NCBI GenBank assembly: GCA_020137815.1
Contig: CM035353.1
Span: forward strand, 310,001 to 374,000
Reading direction: 5' to 3'
DNA: 64,000 bases
From: Hormiphora californensis
Taxonomy: Eukaryota > Animalia > Ctenophora
Shown: piece after piece, positions 40,358 through 51,829 of the stretch
Position numbering within the stretch: the stretch's first letter is position 1
Layout of the letters: each line of letters starts with the position of its first letter
Notes under the pieces: model-generated
Database searches by the model: none
The model's input: only the letters and a program-made list of their open reading frames with translations
Told to the model about the DNA's origin: nothing
Translations under genes and position numbers: made by a program

Positions 40358-43300
40358 AGTTGGTCCACCTGCCACCACCTCCAATCGGTTTCCCCCGGGC
40401 AACGGGGTCACACGGAGTACCTTTTTCCCCATCCCCTTTTCCCCCTGTTCGATTTCCAGGTCCGTGTGGCCGCGGCTGAGCGTGGCTGTGTATCAGAAAT
40501 ACGGAAAAAAATCAGAAAATACAAAATACAAAAACATCTTGGCAAGGCTAGGCGGCCCACAGTGTATTATCGCCAACTACTACGTTCCTACCCCGCCTTC
40601 TCCGGCTCAGGGTTCCCAGTGGAACAGGCATCTTCCAGCCAACTGTGGACCTCCAACGCCCCTTAATCCACTAACCCACTAACCTTTTCTGTTATCGTTC
40701 TACGTACTAACCCCCTAACCCACATCTTCTTTTTTAAGAGGGACGCGGTCCAAAGAGGATCCATAACCCCGTACCAGAGAAGCCCTTTACATGCGTCCCG
40801 GAGAAGAGAGAGTACCATTCACCCTGTTCCAGAGAGGAGAGAGTACCCTTAACCCAGTTCCAGAGAGGAGAGAGCACCATTAAACCCGTTCCAGAGAGGA
40901 GAGAGAGTACCATTAACCCCGGCCCAGAGAGAAGAGAGCACCATTAAACCCGATCCAGAGAGGAGAGAGAGTACCATTAACCCCGGCCCAGAGAGGAGAG
41001 AGCACCATTAAACCCGATCCAGAGAGGAGAGAGAGTACCATTAAACCCGGCCCAGAGAGGAGAGAGCACTATTAAACCCAATCCAGAGAGGAGAGAGTAC
41101 CATTAACCCCGATCCAGAGAGGAGAGAGAGTACCTTTAACCCCGGCCCAGAGAGAAGAGAGCACCATTAAACCCGATCCAGAGAGGAGAGAGAGTACCAT
41201 TAACCCAGGCCCAGAGTTGAGAGAGTACCATTAACCCCGGCCCAGAGAGGAGAGAGCACCATTAAACCCGATCCAGAGAGGAGAGAGTACCATTAACCCC
41301 GGCCCAGAGAGGATAGAGCACCATTAAACCCGTTCCAGAGAGGAGAGAGAGTACCATTTAACCCGATCCAGAGAGGAGAGAGAGTACCATTAAACCCGAT
41401 CCAGAGAGGAGAGAGTACCATTAAACCCGATCCAGAGAGGAGAGAGTACCATTATACCCGATCCAGAGAGGAGAGAGTACCATTAAACCCGATCCAGAGA
41501 GGAGAGAGTACCATTAAACCCGATCCAGAGAGGAGAGAGAGTACCATTAAACCCGATCCAGAGAGGAGAGAGAGAGTACCATTAAACCCGATCCAGAGAG
41601 GAGAGAGCACCATTAAACCCGATCCAGAGAGGAGAGAGTACCATTAACCCCGGCCCAGAGAGGAGAGAGCACCCGATCCAGAGAGGAGAGAGAGTACCAT
41701 TATTCCCGATCCAGAGAGGAGAGAGTACCATTAAACCCGATCCAGAGAGGAGAGAGTACCATTAAACCCGATCCAGAGAGGAGAGAGTACCATTATACCC
41801 GCTCCAGAGAGGAGAGAGTACCATTAAACCCGATCCAGAGAGGAGAGAGTACCATTACACCCGATCCAGAGAGGAGAGAGTACCATTAACCCCGATCCAG
41901 AGAGGAGAGAGCACCATTAAACCCGATCCAGAGAGGAGAGAGCACCATTAAACCCGATCCAGAGAGGAGAGAGTACCATTAAACCCGATCCAGAGAGGAG
42001 AGAGTACCATTAAACCCGATCCAGAGAGGAGAGAGTACCATTAAACCCGATCCAGAGAGGAGAGAGAGTACCATTAAACCTGATCCAGATTAAACCCGAT
42101 CCAGATTAACACCGTCCCAGAGAGGATCCCCTAGGGCCGCGCCCCGGATGTACCATATTGATATCAGCTATAAATATTCTACACCCGAACGCTGAAAGTG
42201 TCGGTTCGTGCTGAAAAGCTGTAAGGATGGACGGGTAAACCATTTACTAACGGACCAAATGTGACGAGTGGAATTCCGTTACCGCTGTGCACCGGTGGCA
42301 GTGTCAAGAACCCCCAAACCCGGCTCTTCTTCTAACAAACCGATGACTATGTATACACAGTGATTGGTTTGAAACTCAACCCCCCAAAACCTACTCATCT
42401 TTCACGACATGAGTATTAACACCCGACAACCAAGGAAGGTCTGGTCTAAGCAAGAGAACCTAGACTTGGTATACTGCTACTATCGCAGCAACCCAGGTAC
42501 AACCGGGTCCTGGAAGAGGCTAGAACGCCTATGGGAAGATAAAGGATATGACCCACTGCCGGGTAGGAAACTCGCTGGCCAGTTCAGATCAATAGAGAAA
42601 TCTGAAAACATGGTAACATCACAGGAGATGGCCGAACAAAGAATGGCAGCGACCGGTCTAAACATCCTCCCGATAGTGGACCTCACAGTGGGCGACAACA
42701 CTGCGGGTCCCAGTACCTCGGCAGATGGGGACACCACTGACGCCCCAAACCCAACTAGAGCGACAAGAACGAAATGGACCAAAGAAATGAACAGTACGCT
42801 CGCGTTCATCCACTGGTACTCACAGCCAGAGGAAAGAGGACTGTGGAATAGAGTGGAAAAAAGATGGTCCAACACTACATACCCCCGAAAGACCGCGAGC
42901 CAACTCAGATCCCAATTCAAATCTATAACCGAAACGGGACTCCTTTCCCCACAATACCTGATGGAGATCAGAGAATCAGCCACAACTGACCGGGAAGACA
43001 TGAACTCAATAAGACAGGTTGAGCTAGGAGACAACCCCCCACCCCCAGAAGCCATAGCACCTATAACCCCGGCAGCCAATGAAGAGCCAGCAACAGACCC
43101 AGAAGTTAGAGAACAGTTTAGAAAGTTACTTGAGGAACCAAGCGCCATCAAAGTCACCGACCTGAGGCAGGTCCCATGGGGGAAACTACGGGTGGCAATC
43201 GATCGACTGAGTCCGGTCATCAGGTCGTTCGAAATCCCAGACCTGACCACACTGAACACCCTCCTGTTGGTGGTAGCCCATGTTGTCCGGGAACAAATGG

Positions 43301-46300
43301 GTATAAAACCACCAAATGAAACCACCAGTAACCCCCCCCCGGAAGGAACAAGCAACCAATGTGGCTGCGACGACTCGAGGAGAGTGTCGCCAGGCTTCGC
43401 TCAGACCTATCCAGACTGACCGAGATGAGCAGAGGAGCCACTCAAAAGTTCCAAACTATAGATACTATATATAGAAGATACCCGCTGCTGCCCAAGAAGG
43501 GCTATAAACAAGTAATAGAGGAGGTAAAGCAGCGGCTATTGGCCAAGGCTGGAAAGATTAAGAGATATAAGAAGAAGCAGCAGAACTTCAAAGATAACAA
43601 CCTATTCCAGAACAACCAGCGTGACTTTTACAGGAAGTTGGAGAAACGAGGATCAGCTCCCACGTCACTCGAATCGACAGCAGAAGACGGAACAAGGACC
43701 ATTAACTTCTGGAAGAATATATGGGAAAACGAAACCGGTCATAATACCGAAGCAGAATGGTTGGGTGGCATCCAGGAAAACTTTGAGACGATCACCCCAC
43801 AGGAGGACTTTCAGATCACTACGGAACGAGTTACAGCCCGAGTGAAAGGAATGACCAACTGGTCATCCCCAGGAATTGATGGACTTCACGCCTTCTGGAT
43901 CAAACACACCACCTGCCTCCACGGACGACTAGCTGAGCTACTCAACGAAAGCCTCACTACAAGTCAGGTCCCAGAGTGGATGACTGAAGGTAGAACATTC
44001 CTCCTGATCAAAGACCCCAAGAAGGGAATGTCCAACCCGGGGAATTTTAGACCCATCACCTGCCTCCCAAACCTTTGGAAGTTGTATACAGGAATCTTAT
44101 CAGAGGACATTTACGAGCACCTGGATGTAAACAGTTTATTCCCTGAGGAGCAGAAGGGGTGCCGCAAGAAGAGCAGAGGGTGTAAAGAACAGTTAGCGAT
44201 TGACAAATTAATCCTTCGCCACTGCAAGCGCAACAAAACTGAGCTACACATGGCCTTCATAGACTATCAGAAGGCATACGATTCCATCCCCCACTCTTGG
44301 ATCCTGAAGACAATGGAAATGCTGAAAGTACACCCCCAGATAATAAGGCTGTTCCAAGCATCGTTCCAGCAGTGCAGAGTCAATTTAGTACAGTCCGGCT
44401 CCACCTTAGGCAAAGTACATATCAAGAGAGGCCTCTTCCAAGGAGACTCTGTCTCCCCGATACATTTCATTATCGGACTGATCCCCCTGTCCATGCTCCT
44501 AACTGCCGAAGGAAGAGGCTACACCATATCCGCACCAGACACACAAGAGGAAGAAGAAGTGATCAACATTAACCATAGGCTCTACATGGACGACTTGAAA
44601 CTTTACTCAAGTTCAAGAGAAGACCTCCAACATCTCCTGGAAGTTACTGAGAAGTTCAGTACCGATATCAACATGTCTTTTGGTATAGCTAAATGTGGAT
44701 CAATTGACATTGTTGACGGGGTCAGACAACAGATGCAAGGTATCGAACTACCCAGTGGAGATACAATCCCGGAAGTGGAAGATGGTGGATATAAATACCT
44801 CGGCATCCTGGAGGTTGACTATATCCTGCACCAAGAGATGAAGACGAAGGTCAGATCTGAATACATCAGAAGAATTAAAAGACTAATAGCTTCGAGCCTG
44901 AATAGCAAGAACCTTGTCACTGCGATCAACACCTGGGCGATACCAGTGATCCGTTACGGTGCTGGGATACTGGACTGGACCACTGCTGAGGCCAAAGGAT
45001 TAGACATGATTACTAGAAAGATCCTGAGAAGAGGGTTCATCAAAAGTAACAGCGACATTGATCGATTGTATGTAAATAGGAAGCTGGGAGGAAGGGGCCT
45101 CCAGCGGATTGAAGACGTCATAGTAAAGGAGGAAACAGGACTAGTGACGTTCTTCAACAACACCACAGACCCTAAGTTACGTGCACTCCACGCAGCGATG
45201 CAGAGAGAGAACATGATGAACACGCCCCCAGAGAATGCAGAAGCTCTCAAGGAAAGATTGGAAGCGGAGCTGATGGAGAAATGGAAGAGCAAAGTGTTAC
45301 ATGGAAGATTCTTGACGCAGCTTGAAGAAGGGGGTTGCGACCCTGACGCGACCTGGGCCTGGCTCAACAAAGAGAGCCTCAGCAGATACACCGAAGCCGA
45401 TGTATTTGCTGCCCAGGATCAAGCCACTCGCACGAACTGGTTGAGAGCTGCCATACAGAAAGAAACCGGAATGACAGAGAAATGCCGTATCTGCAACCAA
45501 CACAATGAGTCAGTCGAACACATCCTCAACGGATGCACGAAGCTAGCCAATGGAGACTACAAACTGCGTCATGATCGAGTAGCTGCTGCACTACACTGGG
45601 GAATGTGTAGAGACCTTGGATTCCCCGCAGAGTCCAAGTGGTGGAGCCATTACGCAGAAAAAGTACTGGAAAACGACAACTATAAGATACTCTGGGACTT
45701 CCACATACAAACAGACAACCCCATCGAGGCCTGCAAGCCCGACTTGGTTCTTTTGGACAAAAGAAAGAAAGAGGCACTTCTCATTGATGTTGCCGTTCCG
45801 AAAGACAGGATAGTCTCGGACAGGGAGGTGGAGAAGATCGAGAAGTACCAGGAACTACGGAGGGAGATCACGAGAATCTGGGAACTCAAAAAGGTAACGG
45901 TCATCCCCATCGTGATCGGAGCTCTTGGTGGAGTAAGCCCCCGACTGGAGAAGTACCTGTCTGCTATAACCCGCCAGATATACACCTCTAAGCTCCAGAA
46001 GTCGGTCCTGTTTAACTCGATGAACACGCTCCGGAAAGTTCTCGACATGTAAGCATCCTCCTGTATTTGTATCCCCTTTATTATTTTTTTAAACCCGTTC
46101 CTGCTTGTTTTAGGCTGCCTTAGATTCAGATGGTTCGCTTCTTCTGTTCCTGATAGGTTGACTCTCCTTAGGCTTCATTGCAGCAGATTGGGCTTCTTTC
46201 CAGATAGTTTAGGAGGTCTTTTGCTCCGCCACCATGAGCTTTACTTCCCCTATTTTATTTTAATTTTTCCTTACCTTAACCTATATGTACATTGTTCAAC

Positions 46301-46443
46301 CTACCCATATGTACATTGTTCTACCTACCTTTACTCCGCAGGCCCTCCGGGCCCTCAGATCCAACAGGATCCGGGCTCGGGGGATTTAACCCTGTTTCCA
46401 CATGGGACCTTACGGCCCCATGTGGGAGTGGTGCGTGTAGTGG

Positions 46444-46500
<57 letters not shown>

Positions 46501-48536
46501 GAGACAGGGAAAGGGAGAGAGAGGGATAGAACGAACGGGAATTTAAGTTACCCTCGAAAAATGAGAGATTGAGAATGAGATACCGAGGCATAGAATGAGA
46601 GTTCGTGGTGATACCCGGCAGTAGCAAAAGGTGTAAGTGGGTCACCTTTCCCGCCAACTAATTTCAATTAGTTTTTGGCTTAATAGCAAGTTTATAATAA
46701 TTACCTCTTGAAATTTCACCCATATTTCTTTTAGTTCACTCGACTGTGCTTTCTCATTCTCCCGTTCTATGGCACAGAACACACCTGCCCCAATACACAT
46801 GTATGCGACAAGAATAGTTGTGATGACAGAAAACCGAAACCAGCACTCGTTAAGATTACTCTCCGCCTGCAGAGGAGTATCATTTAGTGGGGATTAACAA
46901 TTTCGGAGACATTAGGTTTTATTTCCTTAAATTCACGAATTTTCCAATTTTTATTAAAGTTTTTCCAGTGTTTTCTATTCAACAAAGTTTTGGTTATGTT
47001 TAAAATGCTTTCTCAAATTTTACCTTTTGTGATTCACACACGGGTGTTTCACCACAAGTCGCACAACCCCCATGCGATAACTGTCGCATACGACTTGGCA
47101 ACGGAGTTTGAATATTCGAAAAAGAGTCAAAAGTAGTAAAATTACTCGACAGTGATAATTGTGAGAGTCTTCGTGTCCGTATTTGATCAATTTGATCCAC
47201 ATCATCTTGATCCATTCTATCATTGTTTCCAGCGTGCTTATTGGCTGAATTGGTGAGATAAAGGGACACATACAAATGGTTCTCATCGATGGGGAAAGTC
47301 TGACGAAGGTAGTTGGTCGTGTCATCCTGATCTTTGATGTTGTACGGTCCCTCCTCCTCCTCCTCCTCCTCCTCCAGGTAAGACGAGGAATCAATTGTGA
47401 TGGTGGGGAGGTCATACTGTATTGCAAATACAGGAGACATAATAAGCTTTTATATAGGCCCACAAAAGTCAGTACAGGCGAAAGAAGATCTGCAGATCGA
47501 TGTAGAGATTCAGAGAGCTAGATAGAAATTTGAGTGGTGCTTCCCGATATATATCTTTGATACCTTGCAATTTATCTTATGGGTGTCATTTGTCAAAATT
47601 AACTGCTCTGGATCTTGACTGCACTTTATAGTGATAAAGTATTAAGCACTACGATATATTTCAACGTACGATCACAGATCTCCCGACTAGTTGCCAAAAG
47701 CAGGTGTACAATGAACACTGGCGTAATTAACGCCATGATGATTAAAATAAGACACTCCCACGTCAAGGGAAACGAGATGGTTTAAGAAAAGAAATTGATC
47801 TCAATCATAATTGAGCTACCCAACAAAATGTCTCACAGTTGCATTCATGATGACCATGTCTCAGTGAGACAGTTTAAATACTCAGAGAGAGAATGCATGA
47901 GCTGATCTACAGTGTAGTGTACTATGACTTTATGCGTGAGCCGGGTAAATGTAAATTTAGAATCCCTCTCTGGAGCTCTTTGGCTGCAGTACTGATGTGA
48001 ACAACACACGTGTACATTAGATTACCGGCCTACACAAGCGGCTTCTGGCACAAGTGAATATAGTTCAGGTGAAACACATTCTAATTTTACCATACAACCA
48101 CTCCCTGCATAAGCCTGGAAATTATCCGTTACATGCTCTAAATTTAAAATCATAATTAATGAACAACACATATTATTATTCGATACATATTATGCAATTA
48201 GTTTCTTACCGATGATGGTCTTTGAGAGGGTTGCACGTTGTTCTGTTCTTGAAACTGCTTCAGAGCTGCGTTTGGGTCCTGATCATTAGTTAAAAGGGGC
48301 GCCTGAGCTCCACCGCCCATAGGTCCTCGCACATTGGCGCCACCTAGGGGCTGACTGAATACAGAAAACCGTCGGAAGCTCTGTCCGGTGACTGCGGCCC
48401 CATTTGTCAGAGAGTTGCTCCGTGAGTTGTTGGTGAAGGCCGGGGGCGGTGCACGGGGCACCTTCTTCTTCGAAACGAGCCCATCGAATGAGTAAACGCT
48501 ACCAAAGTCATCTTCTTTGCTCTTCGGGAGGTCCAT
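36843..48536 (-). CDS. Two-pore-domain potassium channel (K2P/KCNK family); core exons 46866-46705, 39131-38981, 38682-38599, 38335-38208, 37966-37811, 37709-36843; candidate first exons 48536-48210 and 47440-47024
   Basis: TM1 YMCIGAGVFCAIE; P1 WDYISSLFFTGTILTTIG|YGHSSP; TM2 GRMFTVIFAIAGIP; P2 WSYEQSFYFSFITMTTIGFGDYVP; long Ser/acidic C-tail. Splice phases are consistent at all core junctions. Confidence 0.92.
38414..38507. mobile_element. Left-truncated CAGGAACC-family MITE flanked by a ~26-bp direct duplication
   Basis: Matches 28571-28664; gtgtgaagtggaagcgccacctagtc occurs at 38390-38415 and 38508-38533. Confidence 0.8.
40352..40486 (+). ncRNA. Putative HDV-like self-cleaving ribozyme at the retrotransposon 5' end
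   Basis: Manual fold: P1 GGGGGGA(40352-58)/TTCCCCC(40390-96); P2 GCCAC(40371-75)/GTGGC(40482-86); P3 ACC(40377-79)/GGT(40387-89); L3 TCCAATC; P1.1 CC/GG(40397-98); P4 GGTCACACGGA(40406-16)/TCCGTGTGGCC(40461-71); J4/2 CTGA (catalytic C40476, CNRA consensus). Confidence 0.8.
40800..42125 (+). repeat. Tandem array of ~40 x 31-33-bp units (CCAGAGAGGAGAGAG(T/C)ACCATTAAACCCGAT) inside the retrotransposon 5' UTR
   Basis: Directly visible; units vary in GA number and in ending (AACCCCGGC vs AAACCCGAT). Confidence 0.97.
42409..46052 (+). CDS. R4/Dong-type ORF: two Myb-like domains, reverse transcriptase, CCHC knuckle, PD-(D/E)xK restriction-like endonuclease (single frameshift at C8 run 43333-43340)
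   Basis: ORFs 42409-43419 and 43359-46052. RT motifs NWSSPGIDG, NFRPITCL, FIDYQKAYDSIPH, GLFQGDSVSP, YMDDLKLY, YKYLG; knuckle CRICNQHNESVEHILNGC, RHD; RLE KPDLVLLD..LIDVAVP..EKIEKY. Adding one C joins the two ORFs. Confidence 0.95.
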
Positions 48537-48540
48537 AAAA

Positions 48541-48700
48541 CATGTTACTATGGAAACATGTTACTGTGGAAACATGTTACTATGGAAACATGTTACTGTG
48601 GAAACATGTTACTGTGGAAACATGTTACTATGGAAACATGTTACTATGGAAACATGTTACTATGGAAACATGTTACTATGGAAACATGTTACTATGGAAA
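48541..48700. repeat. 16-bp minisatellite x10 (CATGTTACT(A/G)TGGAAA) immediately upstream of the candidate K2P first exon
   Basis: Ten exact-length units, seven with A and three with G, ending 5 bp from the ATG at 48536 (minus strand). Confidence 0.95.
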
Positions 48701-51611
48701 CATGATACTATGTGGAAAATAATACAAGAAACTGGTGATGTTAGGCTAATTTTTCTGGTCAAAAAACGTACGTGTATCGCAGAGCTGATGAATCAGTGAA
48801 ATCAAAAAGTCAAAATTACAAGACAGACACCTGGTTCTATAAACACACTCATACAATTGTGTTTAATTGTGTCTATCTAATGGCAAGTTAATTGATTCAA
48901 GACTGTCTTTGATAGTCTTTAGGGAAAACTCTTTAGCCAATTACAAAATTACTGAATGTGGGAAGAAAACGGTGATGTCCGACCTAGGAAAAATCTACTT
49001 AATTTATCGGCAAATGAGCTCAGAATATTATAGGATGAGCTGCTGCATTCAACACATGGCTATATAGATCAGTGTTTAAACACAGTTTCATCAAAATAAA
49101 CAAAAGGCTCCTAAGGCAGCATGCTACTTTTATTCTCCAGGGACCAGAGATATAATATGTAAAGAAGAGGGATCATCACACGGCCATGTGGTGGTGGTGT
49201 CCACTGGTAAATTCCTAAGAAATTAGCTGCTTATTACATGTTATTTGGTATCGGTAGTAAAATCTATTCAGCAATTTAATAGTCACTTCCGGTGTCGACT
49301 GTAACAGATCTCAGGAGAAGCGTGTGTTATCATATCGAGATTTATAATGGATCTATAATTACCTCGCAGCGCAAACATTAATTTGGTATCAGCTCTATCA
49401 TGCACATCATTTAATATAATAAACAATAGGCATTTTGTAACTTAGCTGGGAAAACAGCTTCGCGATACGGATCCTTGAAGGTTCAGGTACACAACTGTTT
49501 TCCCCAGTTTAGCTGACGAGTTAACGTGGGTATAACTGACTGAACTGCCTGTGATACAACATGGTCTACACACTTGGTTCGTTTAGAGATTAAAGAGATC
49601 CTTCAAAAGATTAAAGATCTGAGTCTGTAGCTGCTTGGATGCAGGTACTAGGTCTAATCAGTCTAGACGGAGTGATAAGATCTAGGTAATATTTCTAAGA
49701 CAAGTCAAAGACAGCACACACTGTTCAAACTTATCTACATAATATATTTAGGGGCTCGACAAGTATTCACGTCACACGTTAGATCTATTGTTGCAATTTC
49801 TTTAGCTACATTCTAACACCACACATGAAGCCAAAATGAACACGGAGCAACATATGCAATATATATTATGGACGCGGTAAACAAAGCGTGGGAAAAAGAA
49901 ACAAAAAAACACAGAAAATTCTATAAAGAGAGCATGCAGTCCGATCAGCTCTGCTGACAGTTGGACGACCATGTCGCCATGTGACAAGGCCTGGTAGCAA
50001 AGAGGCTGTTTAAATATCGGAATGGGAGGAGGAGAGCGAATATAAAATGCAAAAATTTAGTTTCCGGTCTAATCCAGGTATTTTGGAGACATCAACTCAT
50101 ACACGGCAGCCAGGAAATAATATAGAAACAGTAGGAAAGAATTGAATTGCAGTCAGAGAAAAAGTAATATCATATATGATTTGTTGGTCCGAGATTATCC
50201 CATTTATGAAATAAATGAGATTATTTTATAACTTCCCCAAAATCTTCGCCTCCAATCCACTACATAACTTTATTATTATTATTATGTATCTATTTTTATA
50301 TGAACACCAAAAGAAACTCAAGCATTCGATTTATAGATATCTTAAAACACGATTCAAAACAAATATAAATGGAGCTCAGTTCTGTGCAGAAAATAATTGG
50401 AATGGGCGTCAACACGCCCCTCCGATAACTGCAGAGAGCGAGACAGTTTCGTTTTTGTTGTTGGAACTAATTTAAAAGCTATAATGAGGTTTATTTACAG
50501 AGGGAAATGTGTGACAGTAGTATGCAGAAACCTGGTGCATTTTTTTGTAGCATTGTATGCACATTGCACATTATATGTGTAAATATGCATTGTGGTTCAC
50601 ATTTCACTCTTCTCTTCACCTTTCTCTCTCCCTCTCTCTCCCCCTCTTGACTCTTGCTAGTCACTCTCCCTTTAGCTTTCTATCCATATATCTCTTGAAA
50701 TTTAGGTACATACTTAATTCTGTCTGCTACGACAATGACTCCTTTCGCCAGACATTTACAGCTGGCCATTAACTTAAGTATTTAGTTGTCTGTGTGGAAT
50801 TTTCAACAAAGATCACGATTTTAAAATTAAGTACTCATTTGCCTATGTTAAGCCAACCCATTATGGTTAATAATTGGGATAATTTCAGAGTTTTATGCTC
50901 ATACAAATTGGTTATTCGATGCCAAAATTATGTATTATGATTCTATGTAGCTAAAAGTGGAGACTGTGCATATATATGTAACATATAATATGCATATAAT
51001 CATACCATATTAACACTATATAGATACCGTTGAGTTTGTATCACACCAAGCAACTCTTATTAAGCTTCACCCAGAATGCGTTCTGTGCACTACCACGTCA
51101 TATTTATAGGAGATAAATCGGGGGCCGTTAAATCGGGGTCCGACTGTATTATAAATCCTGGATACCCAGATAGAACGGTAGATAGCAAACTAATATATTG
51201 TATTATATTTTCAGTCCAGATTTAAACAGGATTATGTTGGGGCAGTGGGATTACCGGAGTATTCCAGCTCGTAGCCAGCCCTACTGCGAAAAATTATCGT
51301 TCTGAACTAGATCTAGCCGTCAAACTGAATTCTAGCTAGAATTTATTATTTACCGGTAGATAACTGAGCCTGAAGCACAAACATATTATTGTTATACGAA
51401 GCTCCAAATTATTGACTAGCTATATAATATGTATATGTTTTGCCCTATCGTCTCTATTTCTTCTCATGGCACGGTCAACTCTCACACGCAAACACGAACA
51501 TACACACGATGACCAATTACCGGTGCTATACGTAGTAGTTTTGTTATAATTGATTTATCGGAGGATGGACGCATACCCTAGAAAAACACAATGAAGTGAA
51601 ACAAAATTATA

Positions 51612-51622
51612 GAAAGAGAGAA

Positions 51623-51656
<34 letters not shown>

Positions 51657-51747
51657 AGAAGGAGAGAAAGAGAGGGAGAGAGAGTGAGAGAGAAAGAGAG
51701 AGAGAGAGATAGAGAAGGAGAGAGTGAGAGAGAAAGAGAGAGAGAGT

Positions 51748-51829
<82 letters not shown>

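Larger units (their letters stand above)
40352..46446 (+). mobile_element. Apparently full-length R4/Dong-clade RLE non-LTR retrotransposon inserted in a (GA)n microsatellite
   Basis: (GA)n on both sides (40312-40350 and 46447-46505); contains a 5' ribozyme-like fold, tandem array, ORF 42409-46052 and ~390-nt 3' UTR; no poly(A) tail. Confidence 0.92.
40179..46679. mobile_element. TTAA-flanked MITE (~65-bp TIR GCCAAAAACTAATTGAAATTAGTTGGCGGG...) whose internal (GA)n tract received the R4-like retrotransposon
   Basis: TTAA at 40175-40178 and 46680-46683; 40179-40243 is the near-perfect reverse complement of 46615-46679. Confidence 0.85.

Noticed and set aside
40800-42125. CRISPR-like array next to a reverse transcriptase
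   Set aside because: Units are head-to-tail with no unique spacers, there are no cas genes, and the context is a eukaryotic retrotransposon.
43333-43419. Programmed frameshift or two-ORF organisation of the R4-like element
   Set aside because: The break is at a C8 homopolymer and one extra C restores a single ORF, as expected for the R4 clade; likely a sequencing error.
42480-46048. Long antisense ORFs over the retrotransposon
   Set aside because: Shadow frames of the sense RT ORF with no recognisable motifs.
1620-48536. SUR-like ABCC plus K+ channel as a KATP-like gene pair
   Set aside because: The channel is K2P (two P-loops), not Kir6, and lies ~28 kb away with unrelated genes between.
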